Shown: positions 38,901 to 51,913, counted from the first letter of the whole stretch. The stretch is DNA of 62,092 nt, filler included, from Sphacelaria rigidula (GCA_964200075.2; 10 parts of 10 records of this genome joined end to end with filler, not necessarily neighbours in it); one strand, 5' to 3'. Notes: generated from the sequence alone by a model not told the origin. Translations and numbers: made by a program.

Positions 38901-39191
38901 GAAAATGACCTTGTTGTTATGTGCGGGTGGTGCGTAGTCTGATAATGTTGCTTGGGGTGTTTTGGCGTGTGTGTGATGGTGAACGGGTTTTGCCATTTAG
39001 AATCTGTTCTTGTGCCTCATGTATCTTGTGAGCGAAGCCTTTTGTGATGTACTGCTCTATTATCATTTATTTTTTTGCAAATGCTGTTGCTGTTGCTTTG
39101 GTGTCGTGCGTATTTACATGATGCGCGTTATACTTGCACCTATTTATTCGCTTCTGTGTGTGTTACTTGTGCTTCATTTGCCTCCCCCCAG

Positions 39192-41155
39192 GGTCTGATG
39201 TGGCGCACATGCTCACTCTGTCTCCGCAGCTGCTGGCTTTGGACTTCGAGGCGCAGGTACTGGCAGTTTTCAGTTTTCCCCCTGTTTTCTCATGACTTGA
39301 TCGTTTGTTATTGAAAATGCAAGCGTGACCGGAAGAAGAAAAAAAGTGGGGCCACCGGAAAGCGCAGAAGTGCCCTGGAATCGCCTCAACGAGTAGAGCA
39401 AGTCATTCCAAGGTGTCAACATCCGCCTGTCACTTTTTTGAGGCGTAAAATGACAACGAAGGGCGGGCAAAGGGCAATTTTTTTTAGTTAGTTTTTTTTT
39501 TTTTTCACGTGATTATTTTGTAAAAAAATGTACTGCGTGCAGCATGGAATCTATTGTCTGCTGCAGTAGGCGCAAGAGTCAATACTGTACACAGTACACT
39601 TTTTGACGGTGGGTTATTTTGTCCAGGGTGTGATGGATTCTATTTTCTATTGCGGGAGACGAAATAGTCGATACTGGACGCAGGTCGTGGGTACCACGAG
39701 GTCACTACGAAGTACTACGAGGTCGCTGCCTCTGCCCCCCTCCGTGGGGTTGGTGTCGATTGGTAACGACGCTGCAAAACTGGCCACTCACGGCGTAAGC
39801 TAGGCCACTAGGTTAACGATTTTCTTTTGCGCTTGCGTTTTTTGTGCGGTAACCATGATGGTGGTCGAGCCAGATCATCATGTCCGGGGTGGGAGAACCT
39901 CAACTTCGCACAATGGGGATGTTCATGCTGCGTAGTGTCACAATGGTGACTCCCGCATGAGGCAGTGTGTGACCCATGGCTATCTGTGGAAGTGGCAATT
40001 CCAGAGAGTGAAGCAACTCATCGGAGGCTGTCATCCACATGCGAGAGAATCAGTACGCTCCGGGCCGGACAATCTTGGCAGGATACAGCTCACCCCTTAT
40101 GAGACTCGCCGAACACATGACGGCGCTTCGCGCCTGGTGGTTGATTACAGGCCTGGTCCCACGAAAACCCGGCGTGCTCCGTCCCGGCTTTATGGAGATG
40201 CGACCTTGTATGGTCATATGACTTCGGCATGCAAGATTATGACTATACCACGCCCCCGCCAGTCCCACTCGGTCGCTCCCGACCTCAAGAACCCCCAACG
40301 CAAATACGCACACACACGCGCGCGCGTACAGGGTGGGCGCGCAACACGATTTCTCTGACCTGTTTGTCCATTTTCGTGCGGATGCGACAGAATTATACTT
40401 CAAAAGTAGAATCTTGCACTGGTGGGACCGAAGAAGAAGTAGATACCCGTGGGTGAAGTCGTTCTTCCAAATATTGACAAGAAACAGAAACCAAAAAAAA
40501 GAAGAGTAAGTCAGGAGCTTGGCGTCGTGGCGGCATGCATGTACATGCAGACATGGAGTGAAGTGCACCAGCACGTATTTACCATTTTTCTCATGTCTCC
40601 TTTTTTTTCTGTTGGATATACATAAATGTATACATATATACATATTCTTATTTATTTTTCTTTTCAGGTGAAGCCGGCGATGGAGCTGTTGCGGCAACGA
40701 TTGGGAATGCGACCCACCGACGTGCGACGAGTAATGCGCAAGGCTCCCGAAGTCCTGGCTCCTCGTGCTGACGGGAGCACGGCGGCGGACGCAGTTGACG
40801 TGAGCTTTTTTTCTTTCTGCTGTTTGCTTCGGTCCTGTTTTTTATCATTATTATTTTTTTAAGGGGGGGGGGCAGGGCGTGTAGTCATGATCTTGGATGC
40901 CATAGTCGTAGGATCAGTGACCTCGCATCCCTGCAAAGCCGGGACGAAGCGCCTCGGGTTTTCGCCGGACCAGGCTCGTAATGACAAACGAAAAAGGGAG
41001 GGAGGGCGATGGGGGGGGGCGAGGGGGAGGTGAATATGTGGGTGCTCGCGGCGTTTTACATGACATGAAACTCACCAGAACAGGCTCAATTAATCCAACG
41101 TCTCGTCTTAGACCGTTCTTTTGTTCCACGTGCATCGATTGATACGCTCGTTTAC

Positions 41156-41186
<31 letters not shown>

Positions 41187-41877
41187 CTGACATGAGCCTT
41201 TTCCCAGATATCTAGCCCGTGGTCACAAAATCATGACACGAGGAAACACAATGCAAGGGAGTGATGCTGCGACAGCCCCTTCCCCCCTCCCCTTCCCCCC
41301 CCAGAAGAATAGCTTGTTTGTGGAGGCAAAATATGCATTTGGCCCAAAATTACAGAAGTCGATAACACCTAGCAGCTGGGAACTCCAACGATTTAAATTG
41401 TTTTCGCCAATGTCGGCCGCGTGCAGTCTGAAACGAGGGACCATGCGCTGTACGGTAATTTTCTTTGATACAGTTTTGGGGCTGATTTGGCGAGGGGTGG
41501 CTATCGCGGTATTAGCCAAGGGGGTAATCATAGCTTACGCCCAAGGACGCAACAGGAAAGCATGGTGCCACGAAGAGCGTGGTTGTACACCCACGTCAAC
41601 GAAAAATGAAACACAAAAGAAATATACGTATAAATTGATATAGTTCTGCTGTGCGTGCGCTTGTTTTCTGTAACATTTTCACACGTTCCATCTGTATCAT
41701 TATCTTGCGATCGTGTGCCTTTTCTCCCTTTTTTGGGTATCGGGGGGTCATTAGGTTCTTCGAGCGCTCGGGTTGACAACGCGAAGTCTTCGGATGGAGG
41801 CGTTACGATGGCCGCAGTTGCTGGCCGTGCCGCCTTCCAACTTCTTCCAACTCGCCGCCTTCCTCTGTTCAGAGGAG
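39192..41877 (+). CDS. Partial mTERF-like (mitochondrial transcription termination factor repeat) gene; exons 39192-39256, 40668-40799, 41755-41877
   Basis: AG/GT-bounded, phase-compatible exons: SDVAHMLTLSPQLLALDFEAQ|VKPAMELLRQRLGMRPTDVRRVMRKAPEVLAPRADGSTAADAVD|VLRALGLTTRSLRMEALRWPQLLAVPPSNFFQLAAFLCSEE. These show repeating LG...V..+..+.P.LL mTERF-type motifs. Confidence 0.8.
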
Positions 41878-42350
41878 GTGAGGAACACGACGTGGAATAC
41901 TGTATCAGCAAATATATCCATAGATATATGTTTATTTTTATTTTTTTCCCGTTGATGTGCGATAATCTTTCAATCTATCAGTCTCTCTGATCGAGGCGTT
42001 TTTTTCCTTATCTCGGTGAAGTCACATGATATGTGATTTTTTTGCTCTCCCATGGGCACACGGCGGGCAGACATTATGTCGTGAGTAGATACAAGTCGAC
42101 TTCGCGACCTCGACGAGGAAAAGGGGACCGTCGAACCCTTCGTGCATTGAAAAAGTAGAAGGCAAGCACCGCAGAAGGAGGGTGGAGTACTATAATAACA
42201 TCAACATAAAGAATAGGAGTAAAAACTTGCGTGTACACGACCTTCCCTAATGGGTGTGAACCCGGCTGATGCGCCCACATGAACCGAAAGATGTAGACTG
42301 GCGCCCAAAAAAGACGGGATGACAACACACGCATACACACAGTGAGATTC

Positions 42351-42580
42351 CACACCCTGGACATTAGATTACATTATTAAAAATTGTACTGTGTACAGTG
42401 TGGGATATATTGTCAAAAAAAGGTACTGCGTAATGTCTGTTGCCATAGGCGTAATAGTCGATACTGTACGCAGTACACTTTTTGACCGTGTATTCTCTTG
42501 TCCAAGGTGTACAATATATACAATAGCCGATACTATCCACAGTATACTTTTTGGCAAGGTAATCTCTTGTTCGGGGTGTG
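42351..42580. mobile_element. MITE of the CACACCCTGGACAA-TIR family; related right end at about 39520-39632
   Basis: CACACCCTGGACA at 42351, TTGTCCAAGGTGT at about 42498-42510 and TTGTTCGGGGTGTG at about 42567-42580. Internal AATAGTCGATACTGTAC repeats. Confidence 0.6.
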
Positions 42581-42804
42581 TTGAATCCCGGCAACCCCTC
42601 TCCCTACCCTACCCTTCTCCCCCGCCCTCTCCCTTCCCGTACCCTACCCTCCACTAAAAAATAAAATAAGTCGATGAAACAATAAAACTTGCTTTCGATC
42701 GAATCATCCAATCTGACCAACCAATCAATCAACAAACTAATTCAGGAAAAAAACGACAACATTTTTTTTTCAATCAACAGAAAATATTCTACTCATATGC
42801 ACCT

Positions 42805-42998
42805 CACCCCTGTGGCTCAGTTGGTAGCCTCGGAACCTTCTGACGGTTGGGCTGTGGGGTCGAATCTCGGTGAAGTCACACCACCTGGGATCCTTTCTCA
42901 CACCCGATCACGGAGGGCGTCCGCATCAGATGCTCAGTACGAATGTACCGCGCAGATATCGGAACGGTTTTGAATGTGAAGACAGCAACTACAACAAA
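42805..42998 (+). mobile_element. tRNA-derived SINE with (CAA)n tail; 3'-only copies at 38445-38567 and 56614-56700(-)
   Basis: A-box TGGCTCAGTTGG (42813-42824) and B-box-like GGGTCGAATC (about 42857-42866). Body GGCGTCCGCATCAGATGC(T/C)CAGTACGAATGTACCGCGCAGATATCGGAA...GTGAAGACA is followed by CAA repeats. Confidence 0.75.
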
Positions 42999-43600
42999 AA
43001 CCCTGCTGCAAAAGTGGAGAATGACTACAAAGGTCTAGTTCACGGTCAACGATGGAAAGGGACCGCTGAACCCCTCTCGCGATGAAAAAGAAGGCAAGCA
43101 CCGCACAAGAAAGTTGGAGAACGAAACAAAATAAAAAAATATGAAAATAAAAATAAAAACTCCTGTGCAGACTTTCCTCCTGTGCGACCCCGCTGATGCG
43201 CCCCCGTACACCGTAAGGTGTAGACTGGCGTCCGGAATAGATGGAATAACAACACACACAACATTCATCCGAACGATAAAGCAGAATCGACCAAACGAAC
43301 CACCTTTTAATGACACGCACGTACAGGCTGGGCCGCCCAAGAAGCTCACGTTCCTCCAGCCCGTTCTAACTGACGATGTATCGCGAGTTGTGCCCACTAT
43401 AACACATCGTGGTGATCGGCAAATCAGCGTGCGTATTNNNNNNNNNNNNNNNNNNNNNNNNNNNNNNNNNNNNNNNNNNNNTTAATTAATTAANNNNNNN
43501 NNNNNNNNNNNNNNNNNNNNNNNNNNNNNNNNNNNNNATGGAGAAATGGGACTTCAACCTCATTTTATGTTTCAACCCCAAAAATTAGGATCGGCGGTTA

Positions 43601-44168
43601 AGTGACGCCACGAAGTTGCCGACTGTCAGGGATACTTACCATACCCAAGGGGTACTCTATACTCAACTATTGCTGAGAGTGCTTACTCAATATTTGAGTA
43701 GAGTATTTGAGACCATACTCAACCTACCCAAATATTGAGTAGAGTATTTGAGACTATACTCAACCTACTCAAATATTGAGTAGAGTATTTGAGGCCGTTC
43801 TCAACGTACTCAAAATTTCAGTCGAGTATTGAGGTTGTACTCAAGTGATACTTAATTCTCAAGTATTATTTGAGAGTGCTTACTCAATTTTTGAGTAGAA
43901 TATTTGAGACCATACTCAATCTACTCAAAATTTGAGTAGAGTATTTAGGACCATACTCAACCTACTCAAATTTGAGTAGAGTATTTGAGGCCTTAGTCGA
44001 CCTACTCAAAATTTGAGTAGAGTATTCGAGGCCTTAGCCGACCTACTCAGAATTTGAGATTTAGAGTATTCGAGGCCGTACTCGACCTGCTCAAACGTCG
44101 AGTAGAGTAAATACTTGAGTATTTTCGTCGAGTACCCAAAAGTACATACTCTACTCGACCTACCCTTG
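43601..44168. repeat. Element with an array of about 41-bp palindromic units; second copy at 49836-50358
   Basis: Unit TACTCAAAATTTGAGTAGAGTATTTGAGGCCGTACTCAACC (contains the near-palindrome TACTCAAAATTTGAGTA). Both copies start AGTGACG(C/T)CACGAAGT..ACCATACCCAAGGGGTACTC and end CTACTCGACCTACCCTTG. Confidence 0.9.
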
Positions 44169-44259
44169 AAACACTTTTGCCGATTCAGCAGGTGGCCTAC
44201 CGTCGCGGTCAAAGGGTTCAATGAAGTTCTCAAATATCGCTCCCAATGGGCCATGATTA

Positions 44260-47200
44260 TCAAGATCTGTTGTTGCTGTTGGATATCTCATTGTGGACTA
44301 TAGCCGTAACGTCGGCGGTGCAAATCTCGGTCGGCTCCAACCGAACGAAATTGGAGAAATCATCCATGATGACCAAAACGTACCGAAAACCATCCTCATC
44401 AGGCAAACAGTTAGCACCCTCAGGTCCACTACTTCCGACGTACAGAAAATCAAAGTAAACAACCTCACCTGGCGTGATACCACGCACAGTATCGCCGTAC
44501 GGACGAGGTACAATCGTACTAGCACGAGTGTGTACACAATGCAAACACTGGCGAACGAACTCGCGAACGTGGGAATCAATGTGAGGCCACATACAGTATT
44601 GTTTCAAACAAAACAGAGTCGGCTCCACACCACGGTGACCACCCGACTGCATGTGAGCGCACACCATCAAGCGAAGTTATAGAGCCCTGTCATCAGACGG
44701 AATCCACAAAACATCACTACTGGCACGCACGCGAAACAAACCATCGTCAGACTGCTGCCGAGATACGTACCCCCCGAATCGGTCCAAAACGTGCAGGGAG
44801 GCGATGATCATGAATGCCGTAATAGCTGGTTCCGTGCTGCTCGGCGCACTCATCTGGGCGTTACAGCTGATTTTCGACTGCTACACACCTCTCATGTGGG
44901 CGAAATTACTACAAACGAGCCCAAAAGTGGAATCGCAGCCGGTTTGTCGAACGGTCTCCGGTGCACTTTTTGTGGGGGGGGCTATCCCGGCATTAGTCAT
45001 CAGCCAAGCAGCTTGACCGAAAGTCGTAGGAAACGAATGAACACCGTCGGCGACTGTTTTGCGCTGCGCGGTACGAATGGCATCTAACGAGGGCAGCGAA
45101 TCATCGGTATCACACGGGCTGGACACGGCAACAGAGCGAACAGGCACGGTGGGAACCTTCACCCAGCGAGACAGCAAATCTCAACAATTGCGCTCTCCAG
45201 GAATGTGTTCAATGGCATACCGATATTGGCCGAGCACTCATTTACAGGTTTCAAGTCGTTGCGCCATGGCCTTCGTCACCGATGTGACACACTCTTCGGG
45301 GTCAAAATGTATTTCAGATTGCGATGGTCGGTGAAATGCGAACACCACCCCTAAGCAAGTACTCTAGCCTTCGAAATATATTGATTATCGCGAAACCTTC
45401 GTCCACTGTCGCCCACCGCAACTGTGAAGAATTGAAGCTACCACGCAGAGAAGCCAACTAAACTCGGCGACAGGCACTTGCGTTAAAAACTACCCCAGTG
45501 GAAACCCGAAGCTTCTAGAAACACCAGAACGCACCCTGGACGAGGATGATACAGCGGCCCGGCTTGCGCCACAAAATTTTGCGCAGCACGCCATACCCGC
45601 ACACGATCCGCTGTCCAAGCGTCCTCCGGGATGATACGATTACTCGCCACCCGCTTGGTCCGACGCGAAGCCCCAACCATAAGTTGTTCCAAAAACACAC
45701 GAGGCGGCGCAACTACTTCCGCCATGCGCGAGAGCGAAGTCCGCAACCAACTCACCGCCTGAGTAAACTGCATCAGCTCACTAGCGGTTTGAGGACGTCG
45801 AATACTGCTCAAACCTTGGATGCGGGTGGGATAATGCGAAACAGTACCCTTAGAGTACACCTTACCACACCAAACCACCTCGCGGGCAAAAATGGTACCA
45901 GGTACAAACGTTTGCGCAGCGACGAACAGACCAACACTCTCCAAGCGGCCAAGAATTTCGTCAAGCAAAGCTAACAATGCTTCTTCGGTTTCAGCAAAAT
46001 AGAAAACATCATCCACCCATACTGTACAGTTCAGATTTCGCAAACTGTCAGTCAGCACACCTTGGAAATACGCCGTGGCATTCAACACGCCCTGTGGGAC
46101 ACGAGTAGGCATGACAAGCCTTCAGGCGTGACGATCATGAAGATCTCCTGAGCGCCAGAGGCATCTGCCAATACCCCTGTAGCAGGCCCAATTTGCCGAA
46201 GCATTGGGCTCCCAGCAACTCCCGCATGTCTTCTTCGCTTGGCATCACCCTCGGAGACTGTTACACTTGCGCGTACACCGTCTGGGGGTCCCTGACCATA
46301 CGGAATGTGTCCCGCTTCGGCACCGCCATCGCCGGATTCGTCCACGCAGCCTACATGTTCCTAACTAACAAACCAAACACCACCAAAGCTGCTATTCACG
46401 GAGCAAGCCACTCGGCCTTCACCGGATCGTAACGTCGAGGCTTGGCCTTCACAGCCTTCGCCTGTGACTTGAGCTGCACCCTCATTAGCTCCACGCGCGC
46501 TGGCGGATCACCACGCAACGTACGACGAACCATATCCACGCGATGAGCCAAAACATCACGTAGACATTATGCTCCATCGGCGCTCAGGCCCTTCTGCTCG
46601 GTCTGCTGCACGCTATTCTCTTGCGCACGTTCTCGTGCACCTGTTTCCCCCACAGGGTCCATGAACATGTCGAGCCCCCGATCGACTAAGCGCTCCACCG
46701 CTTTATCCGCATGAACCTCCTCCTCATTGGCCCTCTAGGGCGACTGTATGGATACGATCACACGCCTCGCAGCAAGATAGCTGGGGTTTTCCACGCCGGT
46801 TTGCACCGGCAAAGCACGCGGGCGTAACTTATCCAACGCGAGCGGATACAAAGCGATACCGGGCTTCTTCATCGTCGCCATCCCAGATAAAACCACGTTT
46901 TCCCTACTGGGCATTGCAGCGAAAGTAATGGGCTGCAACTCCACAGCCCCCCATAGCGTACGCACGCTAACTGTAATTGGCACCGTTCTACGTGTCACCG
47001 TCACGGGAGCACCCGTGACCGTCTGTGCCGTTAGTGGTCTTTTCTCAAACGGAATCTGCAGCTGAGCGCCGCCAAACTGCGAAGATATTTCTTCTAGCAA
47101 CCCCACACCGATCGACGTGAGCGTGGACCCAGAATCCGGAAGTACGCGGGCCACAAACGTACCTATAGAACCAGACAAAGAAAAATCTGCGCGTAAACAC

Positions 47201-48320
47201 TCTGCATTGCGATCGACAGGCACCACACTTGCCGATGAACCCTGGTCGGTACCAAGAGTCACCTGACGCCAGGGCTACGCTCCTGTACTTAGCATCAATA
47301 CTTGTGAATCGGCGGTCCACCCCGCCCACGTTGCCGAATATGCAGATGGCGCTGTTATAGCCGTCGCAGAAGTAGGAGATGCACCAGATGCGGATCCTCA
47401 CTGGCCAAGGAGTTGCGAAGTATTCGCTCCAGCACTCCCCACCGAAGTATGAGCATTTCCCACGTACACTGTCCGCCTCAATACAGACGAAGCAAAAGAT
47501 GCAGAGTCACCACCTGATGACTTAAAGGAAAAAAGAGCAGCAAAGGAACCACCATTCGCCGTCGATTGCTTGCTACCGCGGCCGCCGCGCCCGCGTCCAT
47601 GGTTGGAACGGTCCCGTTCGCCGTAGCGACCGCCGCGAGATCCTGATGAATCTCGCGCATTTTCTTGAGCATCGCCTCGAACGCGAGGCTTGGGGCAATC
47701 TTTCATCAGGTGTCCGTTGTCGCCGCAGTTGTAACATGCGCGAGTGGACGACGCTCGCGAAGACGGCTGCTGTTTCTGCTGCTGTTTCTGTTTGCTGCCC
47801 GCACCACCTGCTCTTGCCGCAAAATCGCCCGGGCCATGCGCCTCAATGAACGTCCAGTGGTCGGTGGCATCAAATATTTTGTTGAACACCACCGTCGGAT
47901 TCTTTTTCCAAATGTCTACATACGTTACTACGCTTTTAACATACGCCTTGAATTCCGGAGGTGAAACCCCGTCCACCAAAGCTATGGAAACCAACTCGGC
48001 CGGGCTTGGCAACCTGCTCCTGCCCTCCGCACGGGACATGGTTTGCATCGTGAGATTTTCAGCGAAACACTTTTCCATCGATGAAGTAAGCATCATCGCT
48101 CTATTCGTGACGAGTGCTGCACCGCTTTGCGGCATAGTGAGAACTTTACGCGGGTCTGCTGCAGCACGCGCAGTATTATGTTTGCTACCGGTCGTGGTGT
48201 ACCCCGCATGCTGCCCCACAGCATTTAACAGGGGGTTCCATAAAATGAGGCTGATCAATGAAATGAGGCATGAGGACGCTAGCCAGTATGCAACAAAAAC
48301 CCAAGGGAAGTACCGAGTGG
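44260..48320 (-). mobile_element. Decayed Ty3/Gypsy LTR retrotransposon internal region (gag-PR-RT-RH-IN)
   Basis: Gag zinc knuckle CYNCGDNGHLMKDC (ORF 47398-48339), protease VLPDSGST (46735-47262), RT PQGVLNATAYFQ...WVDD (45483-46112), integrase HMQSGGHRG...CLHC...YFDFLYV...DDFS (44260-44670). Gypsy domain order. Frameshifts, stops, truncated integrase, no LTR found. Confidence 0.93.
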
Positions 48321-48566
48321 TGCTACGGTAGGGGTGCACAACTATTTTCTGTGGTTAGAATATTTAGGAGCCCTTTATCTCATCCAAAACACGACTTATG
48401 AAAATATTTGAGAGTACGCCCGGATTACTATTCCAATGTGCTGGGGATATCCCAAATGATTTTTCAAACGAGGATGTCCTGGTCCATACTTTTGTGCGTC
48501 TAGAACCGTTAGGAGACCCTAAACTAGACACGATTTCGCGCAAAAAGTGCACCCCTACCGTAGCAT
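48321..48566. mobile_element. Small TIR MITE inserted at the 5' end of the Gypsy gag region
   Basis: TGCTACGGTAGGGGTGCAC (48321-48339) is the exact reverse complement of GTGCACCCCTACCGTAGCA (48547-48565). Confidence 0.75.
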
Positions 48567-50355
48567 TGCTCTACTGTACCGTCCGCAAGTGCCTTCGATC
48601 ATTTTCGGGGGGGAGGGGGGTACTCATTTGTTGCTTGCCTTAGCTGTGTGACCATCGACCACGCATTCCTTTCGAGACGGAGCATTTTCGGGGGAGGGGG
48701 GGCGGGACGTACTCATTCGTGCCCTAGCTGTTTGACCATTGACCTTTCGAGATGGGGCAGGGAAGGCGTGGTCAATGGCCAAACGACTAACGCGAGCATC
48801 AAATGAGTACCGAAATTAATACCTAGATATTATAGCTTCTGCCAGACGATCTGGACAGGAGGACTTTGAATGGGGTGCTCCTCCAGTATCACTGGCCTCG
48901 TGCTCGACAAGTCCTTTCTTCTAACTTGTTATTGCCACGGGGTGATCCTCAACAGATCACGAGCCAGACAGCAAGGAGCAACACAGAAAAGAAACATCAA
49001 TCCAGGATCTCCTGTCCCCTGTCACTGCCCCAATCATGCATGCGGTTGTACTGAAATCTACGACTTGGTATCATTTGGCTACAGGACATCGTGCTGATCC
49101 CTTCGTTTCCTTGCCTTCGCCAGCAAAATGAAGGACAGGATGATGCTGCCTGCCCGTGTATGGCGGTCATAACTATGGTGAACATCTTTCTCGTACCTCT
49201 GTGTGAAACGGGGGGGGGGGGGGGGAAGGCGAGGGCGTGATCGACCGGCCCTCTCGGAATGCACCAGCAGCACACACAAATCAAAACACCGACTGTATCA
49301 AACTTCGTTCAAATATTCCTGCATGCTTGCTTTTTGTCAGTTGTATGCGCAGATACACCCACTACATCACCAGCGATAGACTTTACAGCGGTACGATAGC
49401 GTACACTTGTAGCAGCACAGCAGGCAAGCAAGTAGCTACTGGATTGTTTCTGCTCTTCACTTTGAAAGTGCGTATGTCCGCAAACGATGACCACCGTGCT
49501 TGACCCCAACGGCTCGATCAACGCTGCCGACGCATACACAGCCTAAGAAGATGGACACCGCCAATCAACGGTGATTTTTTCTCTACGAGACTAATGCCGA
49601 GATAGCCCCCCCACAAAAAGTGCACCGGCACCATCCAACGAACCGGCTGCGATCCCNNNNNNNNNNNNNNNNNNNNNNNNNNNNNNNNNNNNNNNNNNNN
49701 TTAATTAATTAANNNNNNNNNNNNNNNNNNNNNNNNNNNNNNNNNNNNNNNNNNNNGGTGCTGGTAGGTTCCCCCACCTGCATGCTTTTTTTTTTTTATG
49801 GCCATCGTTCGCCCATGCATTCAACATAGTCTGTAAAGTGACGTCACGAAGTCGCCGACGATCAGGAGTACTCACCATACCCAAGGGGTACTCTATACTC
49901 AAGTATTACTGAGAGTGGTTACTCAATATTCGAGTAGAGTATTTGAGGTCGTACTCGATCTACTCAAGAATGGAGTAGAGTATTTGAGCCCGTACTCGAC
50001 GAACTCAAAATTTGAGTAGAGTATTTGAGCCCGTACTCAACGTACTCAAAATTTGAGTAGAGTATTTGAGGCCGTACTCAACGTACTCTACTTTTGAGTA
50101 GATTATTGAGGTCATACTCAAGTGATACTCTATACTCGAGTACTGCTGAGAGTGCTTACTCAATATTTGAGCAGAGTATTTGAGGTCGTACTCGACGTAC
50201 AAAATTTGAGTAGAGGATTGCAGGCCGTACTCGACCTCCTCAAAATTTGAGTAGAGTATTTGAGGCCGTACTCGACCTACTCAAACGTCGAGTAGAGTAA
50301 ATACTCGAGCATTTTACTCGAGTACTCAAAAGTACAAACTCTACTCGACCTACCC

Positions 50356-50583
50356 TTGGAGTTTTGGGGGGTTCCCAATGTTCTTCGCTGTTGCCCAGAA
50401 ACGAGCAAAATACGGACTTCTTCCGGCCGACTGATCTTTTTCGGCCGTTCATGCATGCATGAAGCTGCGCGCAGAAAAAATAGATATTTCAAATTTGAAT
50501 CCAAAAAGCACCGAAGATTTCGAAAAATATATCGCCTTTTGCATCGGTGTCATAACGACCTTTACTTTTGGCACAGAGGAAGT
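50356..50583. mobile_element. Right half of the Stowaway-like MITE family, fused to the 41-bp array
   Basis: Homologous to 13078-13320. Ends CATAACGACCTTTACTTTTGGCACAGAGGAAG|TA. Confidence 0.75.
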
Positions 50584-51789
50584 ATATATATGTCTAACTA
50601 AGATTATATATCTAACTAAGATTACATGTGAACGCTCCCGTGCAAGCGGGAAAACTAGACCTAGTCTTAAAACAGTACGCTTCACAAAACCCTTCAGCAT
50701 CACGGCACCCTGCGACATTTGTCATTTCCGAAAGCTTGATGAGATAGTGAAATGTTTTTCCATCACCCTTCACGTTCGACGAGGGCGAGGGCGAGATTCG
50801 ACCCTCGACTCAAGCAGTCAGTGCCTGAAAGTGTGCGCGTAGCAGGCAATACGCGGAGCCCTGATGGTGGATCTGACACTTTGATTATATAAAACGGAAA
50901 TATGATTCTGAAAGAAGGAAATTTCAACTGTACATGCATACACGCGATGAACACAGGTGACACCAGACTGCAGAACGCAAGAAGAGCGTATCTGTTCCCT
51001 TCCGGCTAGAGTTTTCTTTGGACCACGTTGCTGCAAACGTGTGGCTGTATGTTGCGCAAAACACATATGACTAAAGGTTGATCAGGTTGTGCAATGATTT
51101 TCCATCACCATTCATCTTAGACGAGGACGAGATTCCACGTTGACCCAAGTATATGTGCAACACACTCACGTCAAAGCGGTAACGCGATTAGTTTTCTTTT
51201 CAGCGTAGGCGTCCGATCAGTAAGAGCGCGAGCAAGAACAACAAAAAATTGCAGCTTACCGCCCGGCGCTTTTTTCGCACGCCTTTCTTTGCTTCGATTT
51301 CAATCAAAAACAATCATAGACGCTGTGTTTGCTGCTGACTGTTTGCAGCCATCCGTCCGGCGCTTTTTTCGTCGGCCTTCCTGTGTTCCTTAGATTCGAT
51401 TTTCCGGGGTTCGGGGTTCGGTAAATTCAACAGCCGATTTTCCACGGTTCGGTGAATTTTGGAGCCGAATTTATCGCCTGTCCCGGCCGTCTATTTTTGG
51501 TACATTTGGACTGGTGGTCCTGACGTTTTGATTCTAAAAAACGGAAACTTCAATGTTACAGGCATACACGACCAAGACGCAAATAAAGCGTCGATGTTTC
51601 CTTCAGGCTGGAGTTTTATTTGGACCATATGTGGCTGTTTATGTGCAACACACTCAAGTTGAAGCGGTGACGCGATTAGTTTTCCTCGCAGCGTAGGCGT
51701 TCAATCAGCGAGAGCGTGAACCCCCAAATCATCCGGCTGCATGCCTGGGATCCTGTAACATACCCGAACATTAGGGCGCAGGTTATTCA

Positions 51790-51913
51790 CAGGGTATCCC
51801 TGTCTCAAGGGTGAAAGTCCTGTTACAGGGGCATCATGAGCCCCCTGCGCAGGACCTACGCAGAGGGATGTCCCTGAAACAGGACTTCCATCCTTGAGAC
51901 AGGGATGACCCTG
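51790..51913. other. About 46-bp-stem inverted repeat (hairpin)
   Basis: CAGGGTATCCCTGTCTCAAGGGTGAAAGTCCTGTTACAGGGGCATC (51790-51835) pairs with GATGTCCCTGAAACAGGACTTCCATCCTTGAGACAGGGATGACCCTG (51867-51913). Confidence 0.85.

Noticed and set aside
43327..43377. Further mTERF exon AGPPKKLTFLQPVLTDD
   Set aside because: Weak pyrimidine tract, no mTERF motif, and TA|CAGG could equally be a Tc1-type terminus at the contig end.
48230..48339. Predicted start and hydrophobic N-terminus of the gag ORF
   Set aside because: The start codon lies in the TIR of an inserted MITE, so the ORF start is artefactual.
43601..50358. Direct repeats at 43601-44168 and 49836-50358 as LTRs of the Gypsy element
   Set aside because: They lie on different contigs across an artificial spacer, are minisatellite arrays, and lack TG...CA ends and an adjacent PBS/PPT.
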